This document shows, piece after piece, positions 56,601 to 64,000 of a stretch of DNA of 64,000 nt. The notes under the pieces were generated by a model, which saw nothing but the letters and a program-made list of their open reading frames with translations, had not been told where the DNA came from and ran no database searches. This DNA comes from Macrostomum lignano (taxonomy: Eukaryota). The stretch covers positions 1 to 64,000 of the forward strand of contig NIVC01003075.1 in assembly GCA_002269645.1 (NCBI GenBank). Reading direction: 5' to 3'. Position numbers and translations under genes: made by a program. How positions within the stretch are numbered: position 1 is the first letter of the stretch; each line of letters begins with the position of its first letter.

Positions 56601-59600
56601 GTCAGTGGCGGCACAAGTCGCCGGGTCTGCCACACGGAGGTTTGCAGGTAGGCTCGGGCGGACCGAACACCCGATCTCGGGCGGCAATAGACTCCGCAAT
56701 CGAGTCATCGATGACTCTCATGTCGCCAGCCTCGTCCGTCCGGCTGTAGGGGATCAGCTCCTGCAGGGGGAGCGACTCGCGACCCGGCACCTGTGCCAGA
56801 TTTGGTGATGATTGATGCGTTGTCCTCTCACAGAAATCTCACCCCAGTCCACAGAAATCTCACCCCAGTCCACAGAAATCTCACCCCTCCTACAAAAGTC
56901 TCACCCCTTTTCACAAAAATCTCACCCCCTCCCACAGAAATCTTACACCTGTCACAAATCTTACAATTTTCACAGAAATCTCACCCCTTTCACAGAAATC
57001 TCACACTTATTAACACAAATCTCACTCTTTCACAAGCAAACATAGAAATCTCACTCTTTAACAAGCACACACGAAAATCTCACTCTTATACACGGAAATC
57101 TCACCCTTACACACAGGGAAATCTCACTCTTACACACACGGAAATTTCGCTTTTACACACACGGAAATCTCACTTTTACACACACGGAAATCTCACTCTT
57201 ATACACGGAAATCTCACCCTTACACACTCGGAAATCTCACCCTTACATACACGGAAATCTCACTCTTATACACTCGGAAATCTCACTCTTATACACGGAA
57301 ATCTCACCCTTACACACAGGGAAATCTCACTCTTACACACACGGAAATTTCGCTTTTACACACACGGAAATCTCACTTTTACACACACGGAAATCTCACT
57401 CTTATACACGGAAATCTCACCCTTACACACAGGGAAATCTCACTCTTACACACACGGAAATCTCACTCTTATACACTCGGAAATCTCACTCTTATACACG
57501 GAAATCTCACTCTTATACACTCGGAAATCTCACTCTTATACACGGAAATCTCACCCTTACACACAGGGAAATCTCACTCTTACACACACGGAAATCTCAC
57601 TCTTATACACTCGGAAATCTCACTCTTATACACGGAAATCTCACCCTTACACACAGGGAAATCTCACTCTTACACACACGGAAATTTCGCTTTTACACAC
57701 ACGGAAATCTCACCCTTACACACGGAAATCTCACTCTTTCACACGGAAATCCCACTTTTTCACAAGCAAACATGGAAATCTCACTCTTTCACAAGCACAC
57801 AGGGAAATCTCTTTCTTACACACACGGAAACCTCACTCTTACACACGGAAATCTTACCCTTACACACACGGAAATCTCACCCTTACACACACGGAAATCT
57901 CACTCTTACACACCGAAATCTCACCCTTACACACACGGAAATCTCACCCTTACACACACGGAAATCTCACTCTTACACACGGAAATCTCACCCTTACACA
58001 CACGGAAATCTCACTCTTACACACGAAAATCTCACTCTTTCACGAGCACACCCGGAAATCTCACCCTTCTCTGCACATCAGCAGGATAAGGCTGCATCAG
58101 TGCATCAACCAGATAAGGAGGCGGCATCAAATGCGGCTGCCGTTGCGTTGCCTCGTCCAGCGGCCATCCGTTAGCATCAAGCGCGGGCGGGGCGAAGAAG
58201 TCCGTGTGAAAGAACTGCTCGTCCAGCGCGTGAGCATCGATTTCGTCATCAGAGGCTAAGCCGAACAACAGCAGATGTCCGATCGCGTCCACAACCGCCA
58301 GGGAGTCGCCGTCGGGACTGAATTTGGCTTCAAATAGGCTGACAGGCTGGCGAGTGTTGCTTGCCTGCGGTATTCGAGAAATAAGCCATGCTTTGTAATT
58401 TTAACACTACTAATAGTAGGCTATAAAGTTTAAATTCAAAGCTAGAGTCTTGTGTAAATTTCACCACAGGTTAAAAACTAAATAAAGGAATTATTTAGAT
58501 TTATAAGGACTCAAAGGACTTTATTATTCTGATTGTCCAAGAATTCAGGGGGAATTATTCAGATTGTTAATGATCGCATAGGGAATTATTCACATGATTC
58601 TAAGTGGAATTATTTAGATGCTTATGAGGGGAATTATTCAGATGATTGAGGGGAACTATTTAGATTATTCTAAGGGGAATTATTCAGATGATTCTAAGGG
58701 AGATTATCCAGATGATTCTGAGGGGAATTATTCAGATGATTCTTAGGGGGAATTATTCAGACGATTCTTAGGGGGGATTATTCAGATGATTCTTAGGGGG
58801 AATTATTCAGACGATTCTTAGGGGGAATTATTCAGATGATTCTTAGGGGGAATTATTCAGACGATTCTTAGGGGGTATTATTCAAATGATTCTTAGGGGG
58901 AATTATTCAGACGATTCTTAGGGGGAATTATTCAGACGATTCTTAGGGACAATTATTCAGACGATTCTTAGGGGGTATTATTCAAATGATTCTTAGGGGG
59001 AATTATTCAGACGATTCTTAGGGGGAATTATTCAGACGATTCTTAGGGGGTATTATTCAAATGATTCTTAGGGGGAATTATTCAGACGATTCTTAGGGGG
59101 GGGATTATTCAGACGATTCTTAGGGGGGATTATTCAGACGATTCTTAGGGGGTATTATTAAAATGATTCTTAAGGGGGATTATTCAGATGATTCTTAGGG
59201 GGGATTATTCAGATGATTCTTAGGGGGAATTATTCAGACGATTCTTAGGGGGGACTATTCAGACGATTCTTAGGGGTATTATTCAAATGATTCTTAGGGG
59301 AATTATTCAGACGATTCTTAGGGGGATTATTCAGACGATTCTTAGGGGGTATTATTCAAATGATTCTTAAGGGGAATTATTCAGACGATTCTTAGGGGGG
59401 GATTATTCAGACGATTCTTAGGGGGTATTATTCAGATGATTCTTAGGGGGAATTATTCAAATGATTCTTAGGGGGAATTATTCAGACGATTCTTAGGGGG
59501 GATTATTCAGACGATTCTTAGGGGGTATTATTCAAATGATTCTTAGGGGGAATTATTCAGACGATTCTTAGGGGGAATTATTCAGACGATTCTTAGGGGG

Positions 59601-62600
59601 GATTATTCAGATGATTCTTAGGGGGAATTATTCAGATGATTCTTAGGGGGAATTATTCAGACGATTCTTAGGGAGAATTATTCAGACGATTCTTAGGGGG
59701 AATTATTCAGATGATTCTTAGGGAGAATTATTCAGACGATTCTTAGGCAGAATTATTCAGACGATTCTTAGGGGGAATTATTCAGACGATTCTTAGGGGG
59801 GATTATTCAGACGATTCTTAGGGGGTATTATTCAAATGATTCTTAGGGGAAATTATTCAGATGATTTTTAGGGAGAATTATTCAGACGATTCTTAGGGGG
59901 GGATTATTCAGACGATTCTTAGGGGGAATTATTCAGACGATTCTTAGGGGGGATTATTCAGACGATTCTTAGGGGTATTATTCAAATGATTCTTAGGGGA
60001 ATTATTCAGACGATTCTTAGGGGAATTATTCAGACGATTCTTAGGGGGAATTATTCAGACGATTCTTAGGGGTATTATTCAAATGATTCTTAGGGGGAAT
60101 TATTCAGACGATTCTTAGGGGGAATTATTCAGACGATTCTTAGGGGGGATTATTCAGATGATTCTTAGGGGGAATTATTCAGATGATTCTTAGGGGGAAT
60201 TATTCAGATGATTCTTAGGGGGAATTATTCAGACGATTCTTAGGGAGAATTATTCAGACGATTCTTAGGGACAATTATTCAGACGATTCTTAGGGGGTAT
60301 TATTCAAATGATTCTTAGGGGGAATTATTCAGACGATTCTTAGGGGGAATTATTCAGACGATTCTTAGGGGTATTATTCAAATGATTCTTAGGGGGAATT
60401 ATTCAGACGATTCTTAGGGGGGGATTATTCAGACGATTCTTAGGGGGATTATTCAGACGATTCTTAGGGGTATTATTAAAATGATTCTTAGGGGGATTAT
60501 TCAGATGATTCTTAGGGGGGATTATTCAGATGATTCTTAGGGAGAATTATTCAGACGATTCTTAGGGGGAATTATTCAGACGATTCTTAGGGGGGGACTA
60601 TTCAGACGATTCTTAGGGGGTATTATTCAAATGATTCTTAGGGGGAATTATTCAGACGATTCTTAGGGGGGATTATTCAGACGATTCTTAGGGGGTATTA
60701 TTCAAATGATTCTTAAGGGGAATTATTCAGACGATTCTTAGGGGGGATTATTCAGACGATTCTTAGGGGGTATTATTCAGATGATTCTTAGGGGGAATTA
60801 TTCAAATGATTCTTAGGGGGAATTATTCAGACGATTCTTAGGGGGGATTATTCAGACGATTCTTAGGGGGTATTATTCAAATGATTCTTAGGGGGAATTA
60901 TTCAGACGATTCTTAGGGGGAATTATTCAGACGATTCTTAGGGGGGATTATTCAGATGATTCTTAGGGGGAATTATTCAGATGATTCTTAGGGGGAATTA
61001 TTCAGACGATTCTTAGGGAGAATTATTCAGACGATTCTTAGGGGGAATTATTCAGATGATTCTTAGGGAGAATTATTCAGACGATTCTTAGGCAGAATTA
61101 TTCAGACGATTCTTAGGGGGAATTATTCAGACGATTCTTAGGGGGATTATTCAGACGATTCTTAGGGGGTATTATTCAAATGATTCTTAGGGGAAATTAT
61201 TCAGATGATTTTTAGGGAGAATTATTCAGACGATTCTTAGGGGGGGATTATTCAGACGATTCTTAGGGGGAATTATTCAGACGATTCTTAGGGGGGATTA
61301 TTCAGACGATTCTTAGGGGTATTATTCAAATGATTCTTAGGGGGAATTATTCAGACGATTCTTAGGGGGAATTATTCAGACGATTCTTAGGGGGAATTAT
61401 TCAGACGATTCTTAGGGGTATTATTCAAATGATTCTTAGGGGGAATTATTCAGACGATTCTTAGGGGGAATTATTCAGACGATTCTTAGGGGGGATTATT
61501 CAGATGATTCTTAGGGGGAATTATTCAGATGATTCTTAGGGGGAATTATTCAGATGATTCTTAGGGGGAATTATTCAGACGATTCTTAGGGAGAATTATT
61601 CAGACGATTCTTAGGGACAATTATTCAGACGATTCTTAGGCAGAATTATTCAGATGATCCTTAGGGAGAATTATTCAAACGATTCTTAGGGAGAATTATT
61701 CAGACGATTCTTAGGGGGAATTATTCAAATGATTCTTAGGGGGAATTATTCAGACGATTCTTAGGGGGTATTATTCAAATGATTCTTAGGGGGAATTATT
61801 CAGACGATTCTTAGGGGGAATTATTCAGACGATTCTTAGGGGGAATTATTCAGACGATTCTTAGGGGTATTATTCAAATGATTCTTAGGGGGAATTATTC
61901 AGACGATTCTTAGGGGGAATTATTCAGACGATTCTTAGGGGGGATTATTCAGATGATTCTTAGGGGGAATTATTCAGATGATTCTTAGGGGGAATTATTC
62001 AGATGATTCTTAGGGGGAATTATTCAGACGATTCTTAGGGAGAATTATTCAGACGATTCTTAGGGACAATTATTCAGACGATTCTTAGGGGGAATTATTC
62101 AGATGATCCTTAGGGAGAATTATTCAAACGATTCTTAGGGAGAATTATTCAGACGATTCTTAGGGGGAATTATTCAAATGATTCTTAGGGGGAATTATTC
62201 AGACGATTCTTAGGGGGTATTATTCAAATGATTCTTAGGGGGAATTATTCAGACGATTCTTAGGGGGGGGGGATTATTCAGACGATTCTTAGGGAGAATT
62301 ATTCAGACGATTCTTAGGGGGGGATTATTCAGACGATTCTTAGGGGGGGATTATTCAGACGATTCTTAGGGGGGGATTATTCAGACGATTCTTAGGGAGA
62401 ATTATTCAGACGATTCTTAGGGGGGGGGATTATTCAGACGATTCTTAGGGGGAATTATTCAGACGATTCTTAGGGGGTATTATTCAAATGATTCTTAGGG
62501 GGAATTATTCAGATGATTCTTATGGGGTATTATTCAGATGATTCTTAGTGGGAATAATTCAGGTGATTCTTAGGGGGTATTATTTAGATGATTCTTAGTG

Positions 62601-63083
62601 GGAATAATTCAGGTGATTCTTAGGGGGTATTATTTAGATGATTCTTTTGGGGGTATTATTCAAATGACTCTAAGGGGAATTATTCAGATGGTTCTTATGG
62701 GGGAATTATTAAGGTGGTTCTTAGGAGGAATTATTCAGATGATTCTGAGGGGGGAATAAATCAGATGATTCTGGGGCATTATTCTAATGATTCTGAAGGG
62801 GGAATTATTTAAATGACTTTGATGATAATTATTTAGACATACAAAAGCATCTAGAAAAAGCAAAATAACCTGGTTGAAATGCCGGAACGCCGAACTAGAC
62901 GACTGCAAATCTCGCACAGCAATTTTGCCATCGTAGCCGGCCGTGAGGAACAGCCGCGGATTCGACGGGTGGCAATCCACAACGAATACGTCGTCGCGGT
63001 GGTCGCGAAATACGGCTAATAAATGACCGCGCCGGCTGTCCCAGCAGTGCACCAGGTGATTCGAATGGGTAGTAACTATGCAC
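45823..63083 (-). CDS. BRWD3: Bromodomain and WD repeat-containing protein (BRWD1/BRWD3/PHIP family), last 10 exons; 5' exons lie beyond the window
   Basis: join(63083-62870, 58364-58065, 56790-56267 [frameshift], 54670-54446, 54077-53832, 51142-50729, 49905-49466, 48834-48165, 47721-46951, 46410-45823). Motifs: WD40 (HRDDVFVVDCHPSNPRLFLTAGYDG; FSPDG; QFFHTDF; QPHLMPPP; VPGRE), [33 protein letters not shown].VGDRF, and two bromodomains ([12 protein letters not shown]..YY...NAEYFN; PIDLST..RL..GCY...NSRAYN). Family is clear; exact vertebrate paralog name is not resolvable. Confidence 0.93.
46475..46880. repeat. 21-bp minisatellite (GGGATCATGGGATTGAGAAAT)n, last BRWD intron
   Basis: Direct reading. 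Confidence 0.95.
46951..47721 (-). CDS. BRWD3: BRWD exon (bromodomain 2)
   Basis: SLPFQQPVDLEAYPDYLDVVSDPIDLST...FSNSRAYNT..SRIY. Confidence 0.94.
47800..48140. repeat. (GACA)n/(GGCA)n microsatellite, BRWD intron
   Basis: Direct reading. Confidence 0.96.
48165..48834 (-). CDS. BRWD3: BRWD exon (bromodomain 1)
   Basis: [37 protein letters not shown]...NNAEYFNE. Confidence 0.94.
48895..49440. repeat. 25-bp minisatellite (TCATAGACAGACGCTCATAAGTGGG)n, BRWD intron
   Basis: Direct reading. Confidence 0.94.
49466..49905 (-). CDS. BRWD3: BRWD exon (cryptic Tudor region)
   Basis: LPWLR...[38 protein letters not shown]...WDNDGSEENLSLWDLHP. Confidence 0.94.
50055..50605. repeat. 15-bp minisatellite (CCATCCAACTCTATC)n, BRWD intron
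   Basis: Direct reading. Confidence 0.94.
50729..51142 (-). CDS. BRWD3: BRWD exon (AT-hook-like RRRGRPPK, Tudor start)
   Basis: SPVVANSP..RRRGRPPK...[40 protein letters not shown]. Confidence 0.93.
51285..53725. repeat. (CTAA)n microsatellite with CTGA/CTAT variants, about 2.4 kb, BRWD intron
   Basis: Direct reading. Confidence 0.97.
53832..54077 (-). CDS. BRWD3: BRWD exon (low complexity)
   Basis: GAGRMAMPKRVQRRK..poly-A..S/D/E-rich..GEAK; phase 0 both sides. Confidence 0.82.
54098..54400. repeat. 30-bp minisatellite (CCAAATGGGAATTCCCTTACATTATCTACA)n, BRWD intron
   Basis: Direct reading. Confidence 0.94.
54446..54670 (-). CDS. BRWD3: BRWD exon
   Basis: QPLSQALP...TTESEYSDWLEDE; 225 nt. 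Confidence 0.88.
54985..56200. repeat. 36-bp quasi-palindromic minisatellite (GGGAGCTCCCTAAGTAACTAGGGGAATTCCCACACT)n, BRWD intron
   Basis: Direct reading. Confidence 0.96.
56267..56790 (-). CDS. BRWD3: BRWD exon with apparent frameshift
   Basis: Starts VPGRESLP (phase 0) and ends SQQQ (phase 0), but is 524 nt (3n+2); the conserved W..RR.VPPL segment is in a different frame. Confidence 0.8.
56830..58068. repeat. 21-23-bp minisatellite (GGAAATCTCACYCTTACACACAC)n, BRWD intron
   Basis: Direct reading; the first sense-strand unit overlaps the splice donor. Confidence 0.95.
58065..58364 (-). CDS. BRWD3: BRWD exon (WD40 end)
   Basis: LFEAKFSPDGDSLAVVDAIGHLLLFG...QFFHTDF...PHLMPPPYLVD...VQRR. Confidence 0.93.
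58520..62800. repeat. 25-bp satellite (TTCTTAGGGGGAATTATTCAGACGA)n, about 4.3 kb, BRWD intron
   Basis: Direct reading. Confidence 0.97.
62870..63083 (-). CDS. BRWD3: BRWD exon (WD40)
   Basis: CIVTTHSNHLVHCWDSRRGHLLAVFRDHRDDVFVVDCHP...FRHFNQ. Confidence 0.92.
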
Positions 63084-63090
63084 CTGGAGC

Positions 63091-63790
63091 CGATATGTAT
63101 GGAAACAATTATTTAGATTAAAGATAAAATAGACTAACTAACTACTAAACTAATACGTTATACAAGCGTATGCATTGTAAAGACAAAAGCTTATCGAACG
63201 ATATGTATCGAAAAAATGTATTAAGAAATTTTTATTAATTTAAATGACATTATGCATCCGATGGCGCTCTTGACCAGATAGTCCGATATGTATCGAAAGA
63301 ACACTTTACAAAGCGTATAATTTATTATTAAACGAATCCTTTTCACTGATAATAACAATCAAAACCATACTTTTCAAAACGCGAAATATCATCAACAATA
63401 TGTATTGAAAGAATGTTTTAAAAAAACAAAATTATATACCCTAATTTCTGGGTACTGAAACTTGACTCATATAACTTTAGAAAAGACAATTTAAAAAGAC
63501 TTATTCACAAACTAGTACGCATCCGATATGTATCGAAAGAACACTTACACAAATTATCTCATTTATTATTAAACAAAGCTCTTTTAATTTTAATGCATCA
63601 AAACAATGCAAAATTAAATCAACGATATGTATCGAAATAATGTTTTACAAAACTAAAATTTTATATATACCAACTTTTAGGTTCTGAAACTAACCTAGTA
63701 ACCGCATGTTACTTTCAAATGACAATTTGAGAGCCTAATTCATAGAATAACACACAACCGATATGTATCGAAATAATGTTTTACAAAGCC
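63091..63790. repeat. Old diverged repeat with conserved CGATATGTATCGAAA core (7 copies)
   Basis: Cores at 63091, 63199, 63284, 63396, 63524, 63623, 63759. Confidence 0.8.
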
Positions 63791-63814
63791 AAAATTTTAT
63801 GTATGCTAACTTTT

Positions 63815-64000
63815 TCCAATATACTAAAAATGAGTTGTCTGTATGTGGGTAGGTAGGTATGCGATAGATTTCAGAAAAAATGGCTCAACCGATTTTCTTC
63901 AAACTTGCACCATTCGATCAGAAATTTTCCTGGGACGGTACATGCATCCTGGCTAAGAAACTGCTCAATGTTAAAGGGATTAAATATTCGAAAAACATGC
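63815..64000 (+). mobile_element. Helitron-like element 5' end (same family), runs off window
   Basis: TCCAATATACTAAAAATG start; near-identical reverse complement of 9601-9808; lies in a BRWD intron. Confidence 0.75.

Noticed and set aside
56793-58259. 488-aa plus-strand ORF
   Set aside because: Translation of the 21-23-bp minisatellite plus the antisense of a BRWD exon; low-complexity with no domain.

Overview
Animal (invertebrate) genomic DNA with spliceosomal GT-AG genes and an extreme load of minisatellites. The style suggests a Macrostomum-like flatworm, but that is an unverified inference. Layout: (1) 1-14.2 kb is a head-to-tail train of non-autonomous Helitron-like elements on the minus strand. 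They carry large internal satellites, including a 7.6 kb 23-bp array with higher-order structure, and a tRNA-derived cassette. (2) 14-21 kb holds MITEs, a SINE-like head and related minisatellites. (3) Tomosyn/STXBP5 exons 1-8 (minus, 28609-21818) lie head-to-head with a complete 12-coding-exon PXK gene (plus, 29068-38717, 542 aa). No further tomosyn exon was found in the remaining 21.8 kb. (4) The 3' ten exons of a BRWD/PHIP (WD40-Tudor-2 bromodomain) gene (minus, 63083-45823) include one exon with an apparent 1-nt frameshift. (5) Directly downstream lies an intact-ORF, highly diverged two-exon BRWD-derived paralog (Tudor-like region plus degenerate bromodomain; minus, 43169-40983, about 473 aa). 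This is the most interesting candidate novelty. Almost every larger intron is filled by its own tandem array. There are no prokaryotic features and no CRISPR. All exon models were read by eye and checked for splice phase; no database searches were run.
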